Shown: positions 1 to 18,000 of the stretch, piece by piece
Position numbering within the stretch: the stretch's first letter is position 1
How the letters are laid out: each line of letters begins with the position of its first letter
NCBI GenBank assembly: GCA_964016885.1
Contig: OZ024742.1
Span: 38,936,001-39,000,000, forward strand
Source: Eledone cirrhosa
Lineage: Eukaryota
DNA: 64,000 bases
Direction: 5' to 3'
Translations under genes and position numbers: made by a program
Notes under the pieces: model-generated
The model's database searches: none
The model's input: only the letters and a program-made list of their open reading frames with translations
Told to the model about the DNA's origin: nothing

Positions 1-3000
1 ACAACCTTATTAACCATCTTGCCAACAACAACCTTATTAACCATCTTGCTAACAACAACCTTATTAACCATATTGCTAACAACAACATTATTAACCATCT
101 TGCCAACAACAACCTTATTAACCATCTTGCTAACAACAACCTTATTAACCATCTTGCCAACAACAACCTTATTAACCATCTTGCTAACAACAACCTTATT
201 AACCATCTTTCTAACAACAACTTTATTAACCATCTTGCCAACAACAACTTTATTAACCATCTTGCTAACAACAACCTTATTAACCATCTTGCCAACAACA
301 AACTTATTAACCATCTTGCTAACAACAACCTTATTAACCATCTTGCTAACAACAACCTTATTAACCATCTTGCCAACAACAACCTTATTAACCATCTTGC
401 CAACAACAACCTTATTAACCATCTTGACAACAAAAACCTTATTAACCATCTTGACAACAACAACCTTATTAACCATCTTGACAACAACAACCTTATTAAC
501 CATCTTGCCTACAACAACCTTATTAACCATCTTGCTAACAACAACCTTATTAACCATCTTGCTAACAACAACCTTATTAACCATCTTGACAACAACAACC
601 TTATTAACCATCTTGCCTACAACAACCTTATTAACCATCTTGCTAACAACAACCTTATTAACCATCTTGCCAACAACAGCCTTATTAACCATCTTGCTAA
701 CAACAACCTTATTAACCATCTTGCCAACAACAACCTTATTAACCATCTTGACAACAACAACCTTATTAACCATCTTGCTAACAACAACCTTATTAACCAT
801 CTTTCTAACAACAACTTTATTAACCATCTTGCTAACAACAACCTTATTAACCATCTTGCCAACAACAACCTTATTAACCATCTTGCCAACAACAACCTTA
901 TTAACCATCTTGACAACAACAACCTTATTAACCATCTTTCTAACAACAACATTATTAACCATCTTGCTAACAACAACCTTATTAACCATCTTGCCACCAA
1001 CAACCTTATTAACCATCTTCCCCAAAACAACCTTATTAACCATCTTGCTAACAACAACCTTATTAACCATCTTGCCAACAACAACCTTATTAACCATCTT
1101 GCTAACAACAACATTACTAACCATCTTGCCAACAACAACCTTATTAACCATCTTGCTAACAACAACCTTATTAACCATCTTGCTAACAACAACCTTATTA
1201 ACCATCTTGCCAACAACAACCTTATTAACCATCTTGCCAACAACAACCTTATTAACCATCTTGCCAACAACAACCTTATTAACCATCTTGCTAACAACAA
1301 CCTTATTAACCATCTTGCCAACAACAACCTTATTAACCATCTTGCCAACAACAACCTTATTAACCATCTTGCTAACAACAACCTTATTAACTATCTTGCC
1401 AACAACAACCTTATTAACCATCTTGCCAACAACAGCCTTATTAACCATCTTGCTAACAACAACCTTATTAACTATCTGGCCAACAACAACCTTATTAACC
1501 ATCTTGCCAACAACAACCTTATTAACCATCTTGCTAACAACAACCTTATTAACCATCTTTCTAACAACAACCTTATTAACCATCTTGCCAACAACAACCT
1601 TATTAACCATCTTGCTAACAACAACCTTATTAACCATCTTGCTAACAACAACCTTATTAACCATCTTGCTAACAACAACCTTGTTAACCATCTTGCCAAC
1701 AACAACCTTATTAACCATCTTGCCAACAACAACCTTATTAACCATCTTGCCAACAACAACCTTATTAACCATCTTGCTAACAACAACCTTATTAACCATC
1801 TTGCCAACAGCAATCTTATTACCCATCTTGCCAACAACAACCTTATTAACCATCTTGCTAACAACAACCTTATTAACCATCTTGCAAACAACAACCTTAT
1901 TAACCATCTTGCCAACAACAACCTTATTAACCATCTTGCTAACAACAACCTTATTAACCATCTTGCTAACAACAACATTATTAACCATCTTGCTAACAAC
2001 AACCTTATTAACCATCTTGCCAACAACAACCTTATTAACCATCTTGCCAACAACAACCTTATTAACAATCTTGCTAACAACAACCTTATTAACCATCTTG
2101 CTAATAACAACCTTATTAACCATCTTGCCAACAACAACCTTATTAACCATCTTGCTAACAACAAACTTATTAACCATCTTGCAACAACAACCTTATTAAC
2201 CATCTTGCCAACAACAACCTTATTAACCATCTTGCCAACAACAATCTTATTAACCATCTAGCTAACAACAATATTATTAACTATCTTGCCAACAACAACC
2301 TTATTAACCATCTTGCTAACAACAACCTTATTAACCATCTTGCCCACAACAACCTTATTAACCATCTTGCCAACAACAACCTTATTTACCATCTTGCTAA
2401 CAACAACCTTATTAACCATCTTGCCAACAACAACCTTATTAACCATCTTGCTAACAACAACCTTATTAACCATCTTGGCAACAACAACTTATTAACCATC
2501 TTGACAACAACAACCTTATTAACCATCTTGCTAACAACAAGCTTATTAACCATCTTGAAAACAACAACCTTATTAACCATCTTGCTAACAACAACCTTAT
2601 TAACCATATTGCTAACAACAACATTATTAACCATCTTGCTAACAACAACCTTATTAACCATCTTGCCAACAACAACCTTATTAACCATCTTGGTAACAAC
2701 AACCTTATTAACCATCTTGCCAACAACAATCTTATTAACCATCTAGCTAACAACAACATTATTAACCATATTGCTAACAACAACATTATTAACCATCTTG
2801 GTAACAACAACCTTATTAACCATCTTGCCAACAACAACCTTATTAACCATCTTGCTAACAACAACCTTATTAACCATATTGCTAACAACAACATTATTAA
2901 CCATCTTGCCAACAACAACCTTATTAACCATCTTGCTAACAACAACCTTATTAACCATCTTGCCAACAACAACCTTATTAACCATCTTGCTAACAACAAC

Positions 3001-6000
3001 CTTATTAACCATCTTTCTAACAACAACTTTATTAACCATCTTGCCAACAACAACTTTATTAACCATCTTGCTAACAACAACCTTATTAACCATCTTGCCA
3101 ACAACAAACTTATTAACCATCTTGCTAACAACAACCTTATTAACCATCTTGCTAACAACAACCTTATTAACCATCTTGCCAACAACAACCTTATTAACCA
3201 TCTTGCCAACAACAACCTTATTAACCATCTTGACAACAAAAACCTTATTAACCATCTTGACAACAACAACCTTATTAACCATCTTGACAACAACAACCTT
3301 ATTAACCATCTTGCCTACAACAACCTTATTAACCATCTTGCTAACAACAACCTTATTAACCATCTTGCTAACAACAACCTTATTAACCATCTTGACAACA
3401 ACAACCTTATTAACCATCTTGCCTACAACAACCTTATTAACCATCTTGCTAACAACAACCTTATTAACCATCTTGCCAACAACAGCCTTATTAACCATCT
3501 TGCTAACAACAACCTTATTAACCATCTTGCCAACAACAACCTTATTAACCATCTTGACAACAACAACCTTATTAACCATCTTGCTAACAACAACCTTATT
3601 AACCATCTTTCTAACAACAACTTTATTAACCATCTTGCTAACAACAACCTTATTAACCATCTTGCCAACAACAACCTTATTAACCATCTTGCCAACAACA
3701 ACCTTATTAACCATCTTGACAACAACAACCTTATTAACCATCTTTCTAACAACAACATTATTAACCATCTTGCTAACAACAACCTTATTAACCATCTTGC
3801 CACCAACAACCTTATTAACCATCTTCCCCAAAACAACCTTATTAACCATCTTGCTAACAACAACCTTATTAACCATCTTGCCAACAACAACCTTATTAAC
3901 CATCTTGCTAACAACAACATTACTAACCATCTTGCCAACAACAACCTTATTAACCATCTTGCTAACAACAACCTTATTAACCATCTTGCTAACAACAACC
4001 TTATTAACCATCTTGCCAACAACAACCTTATTAACCATCTTGCCAACAACAACCTTATTAACCATCTTGCCAACAACAACCTTATTAACCATCTTGCTAA
4101 CAACAACCTTATTAACCATCTTGCCAACAACCTTATTAACCATCTTGCCAACAACAACCTTATTAACCATCTTGCTAACAACAACCTTATTAACTATCTT
4201 GCCAACAACAACCTTATTAACCATCTTGCCAACAACAGCCTTATTAACCATCTTGCTAACAACAACCTTATTAACTATCTGGCCAACAACAACCTTATTA
4301 ACCATCTTGCCAACAACAACCTTATTAACCATCTTGCTAACAACAACCTTATTAACCATCTTTCTAACAACAACCTTATTAACCATCTTGCCAACAACAA
4401 CCTTATTAACCATCTTGCTAACAACAACCTTATTAACCATCTTGCTAACAACAACCTTATTAACCATCTTGCTAACAACAACCTTGTTAACCATCTTGCC
4501 AACAACAACCTTATTAACCATCTTGCCAACAACAACCTTATTAACCATCTTGCCAACAACAACCTTATTAACCATCTTGCTAACAACAACCTTATTAACC
4601 ATCTTGCCAACAGCAATCTTATTACCCATCTTGCCAACAACAACCTTATTAACCATCTTGCTAACAACAACCTTATTAACCATCTTGCAAACAACAACCT
4701 TATTAACCATCTTGCCAACAACAACCTTATTAACCATCTTGCTAACAACAACCTTATTAACCATCTTGCTAACAACAACATTATTAACCATCTTGCTAAC
4801 AACAACCTTATTAACCATCTTGCCAACAACAACCTTATTAACCATCTTGCCAACAACAACCTTATTAACAATCTTGCTAACAACAACCTTATTAACCATC
4901 TTGCTAATAACAACCTTATTAACCATCTTGCCAACAACAACCTTATTAACCATCTTGCTAACAACAAACTTATTAACCATCTTGCAACAACAACCTTATT
5001 AACCATCTTGCCAACAACAACCTTATTAACCATCTTGCCAACAACAATCTTATTAACCATCTAGCTAACAACAATATTATTAACTATCTTGCCAACAACA
5101 ACCTTATTAACCATCTTGCTAACAACAACCTTATTAACCATCTTGCCCACAACAACCTTATTAACCATCTTGCCAACAACAACCTTATTTACCATCTTGC
5201 TAACAACAACCTTATTAACCATCTTGCCAACAACAACCTTATTAACCATCTTGCTAACAACAACCTTATTAACCATCTTGGCAACAACAACTTATTAACC
5301 ATCTTGACAACAACAACCTTATTAACCATCTTGCTAACAACAAGCTTATTAACCATCTTGAAAACAACAACCTTATTAACCATCTTGCTAACAACAACCT
5401 TATTAACCATCTTGGTAACAACAACCTTATTAACCATCTTGCCAACAACAATCTTATTAACCATCTAGCTAACAACAACATTATTAACCATATTGCTAAC
5501 AACAACATTATTAACCATCTTGGTAACAACAACCTTATTAACCATCTTGCCAACAACAACCTTATTAACCATCTTGCTAACAACAACCTTATTAACCATA
5601 TTGCTAACAACAACATTATTAACCATCTTGCCAACAACAACCTTATTAACCATCTTGCTAACAACAACCTTATTAACCATCTTGCCAACAACAACCTTAT
5701 TAACCATCTTGCTAACAACAACCTTATTAACCATCTTTCTAACAACAACTTTATTAACCATCTTGCCAACAACAACTTTATTAACCATCTTGCTAACAAC
5801 AACCTTATTAACCATCTTGCCAACAACAAACTTATTAACCATCTTGCTAACAACAACCTTATTAACCATCTTGCTAACAACAACCTTATTAACCATCTTG
5901 CCAACAACAACCTTATTAACCATCTTGCCAACAACAACCTTATTAACCATCTTGACAACAAAAACCTTATTAACCATCTTGACAACAACAACCTTATTAA

Positions 6001-9000
6001 CCATCTTGACAACAACAACCTTATTAACCATCTTGCCTACAACAACCTTATTAACCATCTTGCTAACAACAACCTTATTAACCATCTTGCTAACAACAAC
6101 CTTATTAACCATCTTGACAACAACAACCTTATTAACCATCTTGCCTACAACAACCTTATTAACCATCTTGCTAACAACAACCTTATTAACCATCTTGCCA
6201 ACAACAGCCTTATTAACCATCTTGCTAACAACAACCTTATTAACCATCTTGCCAACAACAACCTTATTAACCATCTTGACAACAACAACCTTATTAACCA
6301 TCTTGCTAACAACAACCTTATTAACCATCTTTCTAACAACAACTTTATTAACCATCTTGCTAACAACAACCTTATTAACCATCTTGCCAACAACAACCTT
6401 ATTAACCATCTTGCCAACAACAACCTTATTAACCATCTTGACAACAACAACCTTATTAACCATCTTTCTAACAACAACATTATTAACCATCTTGCTAACA
6501 ACAACCTTATTAACCATCTTGCCACCAACAACCTTATTAACCATCTTCCCAAAAACAACCTTATTAACCATCTTGCTAACAACAACCTTATTAACCATCT
6601 TGCCAACAACAACCTTATTAACCATCTTGCTAACAACAACCTTATTAACCATCTTGCCAACAACAACCTTATTAACCATCTTGCTAACAACAACCTTATT
6701 AACCATCTTGCCAACAACAACATTATTAACCATCTTGACAACAACAAACTTATTAACCACTTGCTAACAACAACCTTATTAACCATCTTGCTAACAACAA
6801 AATTATTAACCATCTTGCCAACAACAACCTTATTAACCATCTTGCCAACAACAACCTTATTAACCATCTTGCCAACAACAACCTTATTAACCATCTTGCT
6901 AACAACAACATTACTAACCATCTTGCCAACAACAACCTTATTAACCATCTTGCTAACAACAACCTTATTAACCATCTTGCTAACAACAACCTTATTAACC
7001 ATCTTGCCAACAACAACCTTATTAACCATCTTGCCAACAACAACCTTATTAACCATCTTGCCAACAACAACCTTATTAACCATCTTGCTAACAACAACCT
7101 TATTAACCATCTTGCCAACAACAACCTTATTAACCATCTTGCCAACAACAACCTTATTAACCATCTTGCTAACAACAACCTTATTAACTATCTTGCCAAC
7201 AACAACCTTATTAACCATCTTGCCAACAACAGCCTTATTAACCATCTTGCTAACAACAACCTTATTAACTATCTGGCCAACAACAACCTTATTAACCATC
7301 TTGCCAACAACAACCTTATTAACCATCTTGCTAACAACAACCTTATTAACCATCTTTCTAACAACAACCTTATTAACCATCTTGCCAACAACAACCTTAT
7401 TAACCATCTTGCTAACAACAACCTTATTAACCATCTTGCTAACAACAACCTTATTAACCATCTTGCTAACAACAACCTTGTTAACCATCTTGCCAACAAC
7501 AACCATATTAACCATCTTGCCAACAACAACCTTATTAACCATCTTGCCAACAACAACCTTATTAACCATCTTGCTAACAACAACCTTATTAACCATCTTG
7601 CCAACAGCAATCTTATTACCCATCTTGCCAACAACAACCTTATTAACCATCTTGCTAACAACAACCTTATTAACCATCTTGCAAACAACAACCTTATTAA
7701 CCATCTTGCCAACAACAACCTTATTAACCATCTTGCTAACAACAACCTTATTAACCATCTTGCTAACAACAACATTATTAACCATCTTGCTAACAACAAC
7801 CTTATTAACCATCTTGCCAACAACAACCTTATTAACCATCTTGCCAACAACAACCTTATTAACAATCTTGCTAACAACAACCTTATTAACCATCTTGCTA
7901 ATAACAACCTTATTAACCATCTTGCCAACAACAACCTTATTAACCATCTTGCTAACAACAAACTTATTAACCATCTTGCAACAACAACCTTATTAACCAT
8001 CTTGCCAACAACAACCTTATTAACCATCTTGCCAACAACAATCTTATTAACCATCTAGCTAACAACAATATTATTAACTATCTTGCCAACAACAACCTTA
8101 TTAACCATCTTGCTAACAACAACCTTATTAACCATCTTGCCCACAACAACCTTATTAACCATCTTGCCAACAACAACCTTATTTACCATCTTGCTAACAA
8201 CAACCTTATTAACCATCTTGCCAACAACAACCTTATTAACCATCTTGCTAACAACAACCTTATTAACCATCTTGGCAACAACAACTTATTAACCATCTTG
8301 ACAACAACAACCTTATTAACCATCTTGCTAACAACAAGCTTATTAACCATCTTGAAAACAACAACCTTATTAACCATCTTGCTAACAACAACCTTATTAA
8401 CCATATTGCTAACAACAACATTATTAACCATCTTGCTAACAACAACCTTATTAACCATCTTGCCAACAACAACCTTATTAACCATCTTGGTAACAACAAC
8501 CTTATTAACCATCTTGCCAACAACAATCTTATTAACCATCTAGCTAACAACAACATTATTAACCATATTGCTAACAACAACATTATTAACCATCTTGGTA
8601 ACAACAACCTTATTAACCATCTTGCCAACAACAACCTTATTAACCATCTTGCTAACAACAACCTTATTAACCATATTGCTAACAACAACATTATTAACCA
8701 CTTGCTAACAACAACCTTATTAACCATCTTGCCAACAACAACATTATTAACCATCTTGCTAACAACAACCTTATTAACCATCTTGCCAACAACAACCTTA
8801 TTAACCATCTTGCCAACAACAGCCTTATTAACCATCTTGCTAACAACAACCTTATTAACCATCTTGCCAACAACAACCTTATTAACCATCTTGCTAACAA
8901 CAACCTTATTAACCATCTTGCCAACAACAACCTTATTAACCATCTTGCTAACAACAACCTTGTTAACCATCTTGCCAACAACAACCTTATTAACCATCTT

Positions 9001-12000
9001 GCCAACAACAACCTTATTAACCATCTTGCCAACAACAACCTTATTAACCATCTTGCTAACAACAACCTTATTAACCATCTTGCCAACAGCAACCTTATTA
9101 ACCATCTTGCCAACAACAACCTTATTAACCATCTTGCTAACAACAACCTTATTAACCATCTTGCCAACAGCAATCTTATTACCCATCTTGCCAACAACAA
9201 CCTTATTAACCATCTTGCTAACAACAACCTTATTAACCATCTTGCAAACAACAACCTTATTAACCATCTTGCCAACAACAACCTTATTAACCATCTTGCT
9301 AACAACAACCTTATTAACCATCTTGCTAACAACAACATTATTAACCATCTTGCTAACAACAACCTTATTAACCATCTTGCCAACAACAACCTTATTAACC
9401 ATCTTGCCAACAACAACCTTATTAACAATCTTGCTAACAACAACCTTATTAACCATCTTGCTAATAACAACCTTATTAACCATCTTGCCAACAACAACCT
9501 TATTAACCATCTTGCTAACAACAAACTTATTAACCATCTTGCAACAACAACCTTATTAACCATCTTGCCAACAACAACCTTATTAACCATCTTGCCAACA
9601 ACAATCTTATTAACCATCTAGCTAACAACAATATTATTAACTATCTTGCCAACAACAACCTTATTAACCATCTTGCTAACAACAACCTTATTAACCATCT
9701 TGCCCACAACAACCTTATTAACCATCTTGCCAACAACAACCTTATTTACCATCTTGCTAACAACAACCTTATTAACCATCTTGCCAACAACAACCTTATT
9801 AACCATCTTGCTAACAACAACCTTATTAACCATCTTGGCAACAACAACTTATTAACCATCTTGACAACAACAACCTTATTAACCATCTTGCTAACAACAA
9901 GCTTATTAACCATCTTGAAAACAACAACCTTATTAACCATCTTGCTAACAACAACCTTATTAACCATCTTGGTAACAACAACCTTATTAACCATCTTGCC
10001 AACAACAATCTTATTAACCATCTAGCTAACAACAACATTATTAACCATATTGCTAACAACAACATTATTAACCATCTTGGTAACAACAACCTTATTAACC
10101 ATCTTGCCAACAACAACCTTATTAACCATCTTGCTAACAACAACCTTATTAACCATATTGCTAACAACAACATTATTAACCATCTTGCCAACAACAACCT
10201 TATTAACCATCTTGCTAACAACAACCTTATTAACCATCTTGCCAACAACAACCTTATTAACCATCTTGCTAACAACAACCTTATTAACCATCTTTCTAAC
10301 AACAACTTTATTAACCATCTTGCCAACAACAACTTTATTAACCATCTTGCTAACAACAACCTTATTAACCATCTTGCCAACAACAAACTTATTAACCATC
10401 TTGCTAACAACAACCTTATTAACCATCTTGCTAACAACAACCTTATTAACCATCTTGCCAACAACAACCTTATTAACCATCTTGCCAACAACAACCTTAT
10501 TAACCATCTTGACAACAAAAACCTTATTAACCATCTTGACAACAACAACCTTATTAACCATCTTGACAACAACAACCTTATTAACCATCTTGCCTACAAC
10601 AACCTTATTAACCATCTTGCTAACAACAACCTTATTAACCATCTTGCTAACAACAACCTTATTAACCATCTTGACAACAACAACCTTATTAACCATCTTG
10701 CCTACAACAACCTTATTAACCATCTTGCTAACAACAACCTTATTAACCATCTTGCCAACAACAGCCTTATTAACCATCTTGCTAACAACAACCTTATTAA
10801 CCATCTTGCCAACAACAACCTTATTAACCATCTTGACAACAACAACCTTATTAACCATCTTGCTAACAACAACCTTATTAACCATCTTTCTAACAACAAC
10901 TTTATTAACCATCTTGCTAACAACAACCTTATTAACCATCTTGCCAACAACAACCTTATTAACCATCTTGCCAACAACAACCTTATTAACCATCTTGACA
11001 ACAACAACCTTATTAACCATCTTTCTAACAACAACATTATTAACCATCTTGCTAACAACAACCTTATTAACCATCTTGCCACCAACAACCTTATTAACCA
11101 TCTTCCCAAAAACAACCTTATTAACCATCTTGCTAACAACAACCTTATTAACCATCTTGCCAACAACAACCTTATTAACCATCTTGCTAACAACAACCTT
11201 ATTAACCATCTTGCCAACAACAACCTTATTAACCATCTTGCTAACAACAACCTTATTAACCATCTTGCCAACAACAACATTATTAACCATCTTGACAACA
11301 ACAAACTTATTAACCACTTGCTAACAACAACCTTATTAACCATCTTGCTAACAACAAAATTATTAACCATCTTGCCAACAACAACCTTATTAACCATCTT
11401 GCCAACAACAACCTTATTAACCATCTTGCCAACAACAACCTTATTAACCATCTTGCTAACAACAACATTACTAACCATCTTGCCAACAACAACCTTATTA
11501 ACCATCTTGCTAACAACAACCTTATTAACCATCTTGCTAACAACAACCTTATTAACCATCTTGCCAACAACAACCTTATTAACCATCTTGCCAACAACAA
11601 CCTTATTAACCATCTTGCCAACAACAACCTTATTAACCATCTTGCTAACAACAACCTTATTAACCATCTTGCCAACAACAACCTTATTAACCATCTTGCC
11701 AACAACAACCTTATTAACCATCTTGCTAACAACAACCTTATTAACTATCTTGCCAACAACAACCTTATTAACCATCTTGCCAACAACAGCCTTATTAACC
11801 ATCTTGCTAACAACAACCTTATTAACTATCTGGCCAACAACAACCTTATTAACCATCTTGCCAACAACAACCTTATTAACCATCTTGCTAACAACAACCT
11901 TATTAACCATCTTTCTAACAACAACCTTATTAACCATCTTGCCAACAACAACCTTATTAACCATCTTGCTAACAACAACCTTATTAACCATCTTGCTAAC

Positions 12001-15000
12001 AACAACCTTATTAACCATCTTGCTAACAACAACCTTGTTAACCATCTTGCCAACAACAACCTTATTAACCATCTTGCCAACAACAACCTTATTAACCATC
12101 TTGCCAACAACAACCTTATTAACCATCTTGCTAACAACAACCTTATTAACCATCTTGCCAACAGCAATCTTATTACCCATCTTGCCAACAACAACCTTAT
12201 TAACCATCTTGCTAACAACAACCTTATTAACCATCTTGCAAACAACAACCTTATTAACCATCTTGCCAACAACAACCTTATTAACCATCTTGCTAACAAC
12301 AACCTTATTAACCATCTTGCTAACAACAACATTATTAACCATCTTGCTAACAACAACCTTATTAACCATCTTGCCAACAACAACCTTATTAACCATCTTG
12401 CCAACAACAACCTTATTAACAATCTTGCTAACAACAACCTTATTAACCATCTTGCTAATAACAACCTTATTAACCATCTTGCCAACAACAACCTTATTAA
12501 CCATCTTGCTAACAACAAACTTATTAACCATCTTGCAACAACAACCTTATTAACCATCTTGCCAACAACAACCTTATTAACCATCTTGCCAACAACAATC
12601 TTATTAACCATCTAGCTAACAACAATATTATTAACTATCTTGCCAACAACAACCTTATTAACCATCTTGCTAACAACAACCTTATTAACCATCTTGCCCA
12701 CAACAACCTTATTAACCATCTTGCCAACAACAACCTTATTTACCATCTTGCTAACAACAACCTTATTAACCATCTTGCCAACAACAACCTTATTAACCAT
12801 CTTGCTAACAACAACCTTATTAACCATCTTGGCAACAACAACTTATTAACCATCTTGACAACAACAACCTTATTAACCATCTTGCTAACAACAAGCTTAT
12901 TAACCATCTTGAAAACAACAACCTTATTAACCATCTTGCTAACAACAACCTTATTAACCATATTGCTAACAACAACATTATTAACCATCTTGCTAACAAC
13001 AACCTTATTAACCATCTTGCCAACAACAACCTTATTAACCATCTTGGTAACAACAACCTTATTAACCATCTTGCCAACAACAATCTTATTAACCATCTAG
13101 CTAACAACAACATTATTAACCATATTGCTAACAACAACATTATTAACCATCTTGGTAACAACAACCTTATTAACCATCTTGCCAACAACAACCTTATTAA
13201 CCATCTTGCTAACAACAACCTTATTAACCATATTGCTAACAACAACATTATTAACCACTTGCTAACAACAACCTTATTAACCATCTTGCCAACAACAACA
13301 TTATTAACCATCTTGCTAACAACAACCTTATTAACCATCTTGCCAACAACAACCTTATTAACCATCTTGCCAACAACAGCCTTATTAACCATCTTGCTAA
13401 CAACAACCTTATTAACCATCTTGCCAACAACAACCTTATTAACCATCTTGCTAACAACAACCTTATTAACCATCTTGCCAACAACAACCTTATTAACCAT
13501 CTTGCTAACAACAACCTTGTTAACCATCTTGCCAACAACAACCTTATTAACCATCTTGCCAACAACAACCTTATTAACCATCTTGCCAACAACAACCTTA
13601 TTAACCATCTTGCTAACAACAACCTTATTAACCATCTTGCCAACAGCAATCTTATTACCCATCTTGCCAACAACAACCTTATTAACCATCTTGCTAACAA
13701 CAACCTTATTAACCATCTTGCAAACAACAACCTTATTAACCATCTTGCCAACAACAACCTTATTAACCATCTTGCTAACAACAACCTTATTAACCATCTT
13801 GCTAACAACAACATTATTAACCATCTTGCTAACAACAACCTTATTAAACATCTTGCCAACAACAACCTTATTAACCATCTTGCCAACAACAACCTTATTA
13901 ACAATCTTGCTAACAACAACCTTATTAACCATCTTGCTAATAACAACCTTATTAACCATCTTGCCAACAACAACCTTACTAACCATCTTGCTAACAACAA
14001 ACTTATTAACCATCTTGCAACAACAACCTTATTAACCATCTTGCCAACAACAACCTTATTAACCATCTTGCCAACAACAATCTTATTAACCATCTAGCTA
14101 ACAACAACATTATTAACCATCTTGCCAACAACAACCTTATTAACCATCTTGCTAACAACAACCTTATTAACCATCTTGCCCACAACAACCTTATTAACCA
14201 TCTTGCCAACAACAACCTTATTTACCATCTTGCTAACAACAACCTTATTAACCATCTTGCTAACAACAACCTTATTAACCATCTTGCTAACCACAACCTT
14301 ATTAACCATCTTGGCAACAACAACTTATTAACCATCTTGACAACAACAACCTTATTAACCATCTTGCTAACAACAACCTTATTAACCATCTTGAAAACAA
14401 CAACCTTATTAACCATCTTGCTAACAACAACCTTATTAACCATATTGCTAACAACAACATTATTAACCATCTTGCTAACAACAACCTTATTAACCATCTT
14501 GCCAACAACAACCTTATTAACCATCTTGGTAACAACAACCTTATTAACCATCTTGCCAACAACAATCTTATTAACCATCTAGCTAACAACAACATTATTA
14601 ACCATATTGCTAACAACAACATTATTAACCATCTTGGTAACAACAACCTTATTAACCATCTTGCCAACAACAACCTTATTAACCATCTTGCTAACAACAA
14701 CCTTATTAACCATATTGCTAACAACAACATTATTAACCATCTTGCTAACAACAACCTTATTAACCATCTTGCCAACAACAACATTATTAACCATCTTGCT
14801 AACAACAACCTTATTAACCATCTTGCCAACAACAACCTTATTAACCATCTTGCCAACAACAGCCTTATTAACCATCTTGCTAACAACAACCTTATTAACC
14901 ATCTTGCCAACAACAACCTTATTAACCATCTTGCTAACAACAACCTTATTAACCATCTTGCCAACAACAACCTTATTAACCATCTTGCTAACAACAACCT

Positions 15001-18000
15001 TATTAACCATCTTGCCAACAACAACGTTATTAACCATCTTGCTAACAACAACCTTATTAACCATCTTTCTAACAACAACTTTATTAACCATCTTGCCAAC
15101 AACAACCTTATTAACCATCTTGCTAACAACAACCTTATTAACCATCTTGCCAACAACAACCTTATTAACCATCTTTCTAACAACAACTTTATTAACCATC
15201 TTGCTAACAACAACCTTATTAACCATCTTGCCAACAACAACCTTATTAACCATCTTGCCAACAACAACCTTATTAACCATCTTGCTAACTACAACCTTAT
15301 TAACCATCTTGCCAACAACAGCCTTATTAACCATCTTGCTAACAACAACGTTATTAACCATCTTGCCAACAACAACCTTATTAACCATCTTGCTAACAAC
15401 AACCTTATTAACCATCTTTCTAACAACAACTTTATTAACCATCTTGCCAACAACAACTTTATTAACCATCTTGCTAACAACAACCTTATTAACCATCTTG
15501 CCAACAACAAACTTATTAACCATCTTGCTAACAACAACCTTATTAACCATTTTGCTAACAACAACCTTATTAACCATCTTGCCAACAACAACCTTATTAA
15601 CCATCTTGACAACAACAACCTTATTAACCATCTTGCTAACAACAACCTTATTAACCTTCTTTCTAACAACAACTTTATTAACCATCTTGCTAACAACAAC
15701 CTTATTAACCATCTTGCCAACAACAACCTTATTAACCATCTTGCCAACAACAACCTTATTAACCATCTTGACAATAACAACCTTATTAACCATCTTTCTA
15801 ACAACAACATTATTAACCATCTTGCTAACAACAACCTTATTAACCATCTTGCCAACAACAACCTTATTAACCATCTTGCCAACAACAACCTTATTAACCA
15901 TCTTGCTAACAACAACCTTATTAACCATCTTGCCAACAACAACCTTATTAACCATCTTGCTAACAACAACCTTATTAACCATCTTGCTAACAACAACCTT
16001 ATTAACCATCTTGCCAACAACAACCTTATTAACCATCTTGCCAACAACAACCTTATTAACCATCTTGCCAACAACAACCTTATTAACCATCTTGCTAACA
16101 ACAACCTTATTAACCATCTTGCCAACAACAACCTTATTAACCATCTTGCCAACAACCTTATTAACCATCTTGCCAACAACAGCCTTATTAACCATCTTGC
16201 TAACAATAACCTTATTAACCATCTTGCCAACAACAACCTTATTAACCATCTTGCTAACAACAACCTTATTAACCATCTTGCCAACAACAACCTTATTAAC
16301 CATCTTGCTAACAACAACCTTATTAACCATCTTGCCAACAACAAGCTTATTAACCATCTTGCTAACAACAACCGTATTAACCATCTTGCCAACAACAACC
16401 TTATTTACCATCTTGCCAACAACAACCTTATTAACCATCTTGCCAACAACAACCTTATTAACCATCTTGCTAACAACAACCTTATTAACCATTTTGCCAA
16501 CAACAACCTTATTAACCATCTTGCCAACAACAACCTTATTAACCATCTTGCTAACAACAACCTTATTAACCATCTTGCAAACAACAACCTTATTAACCAT
16601 CTTGCAAACAAGAACCTTATTAACCATCTTGCTAACAACAACCTTATTAACCATCTTGCTAACAACAACCTTATTAACCATCTTGCTAACAACAACCTTA
16701 TTAACCATCTTGCTAACAACAACCTCATTAACCATCTTGCTAATAACAACCTTATTAACCATCTTGCCAACAACAACCTTATTAACCATCTTGCTAACAA
16801 CAACCTTATTAACCATCTTGCCAACAGCAATCTTATTACCCATCTTGCCAACAACAACCTTATTAACCATCTTGCTAACAACAACCTTATTAACCATCTT
16901 GCAAACAACAACCTTATTAACCATCTTGCCAACAACAACCTTATTAACCATCTTGCTAACAACAACCTTATTAACCATCTTGCTAACAACAACATTATTA
17001 ACCATCTTGCTAACAACAACCTTATTAACCATCTTGCCAACAACAACCTTATTAACCATCTTGCCAACAACAACCTTATTAACAATCTTGCTAACAACAA
17101 CCTTATTAACCATCTTGCTAATAACAACCTTATTAACCATCTTGCCAACAACAACCTTATTAACGATCTTGCTAACAACAAACTTATTAACCATCTTGCA
17201 ACAACAACCTTATTAACCATCTTGCCAACAACAACCTTATTAACCATCTTGCCAACAACAACCTTATTAACCATCTTGCTAACAACAACCTTATTAACCA
17301 TCTTGCCAACAACAACCTTATTAACCATCTTGCCAACAACGTTATTAACCATCTTGCCAACAACAGCCTTATTAACCATCTTGCTAACAATAACCTTATT
17401 AACCATCTTGCCAACAACAACCTTATTAACCATCTTGCTAACAACAACCTTATTAACCATCTTGCCAACAACAACCTTATTAACCATCTTGCTAACAACA
17501 ACCTTATTAACCATCTTGCCAACAACAAGCTTATTAACCATCTTGCTAACAACAACCGTATTAACCATCTTGCCAACAACAACCTTATTTACCATCTTGC
17601 CAACAACAACCTTATTAACCATCTTGCCAACAACAACCTTATTAACCATCTTGCTAACAACAACCTTATTAACCATTTTGCCAACAACAACCTTATTAAC
17701 CATCTTGCCAACAACAACCTTATTAACCATCTTGCTAACAACAACCTTATTAACCATCTTGCAAACAACAACCTTATTAACCATCTTGCAAACAAGAACC
17801 TTATTAACCATCTTGCTAACAACAACCTTATTAACCATCTTGCTAACAACAACCTTATTAACCATCTTGCTAACAACAACCTTATTAACCATCTTGCTAA
17901 CAACAACCTCATTAACCATCTTGCTAATAACAACCTTATTAACCATCTTGCCAACAACAACCTTATTAACCATCTTGCTAACAACAACCTTATTAACCAT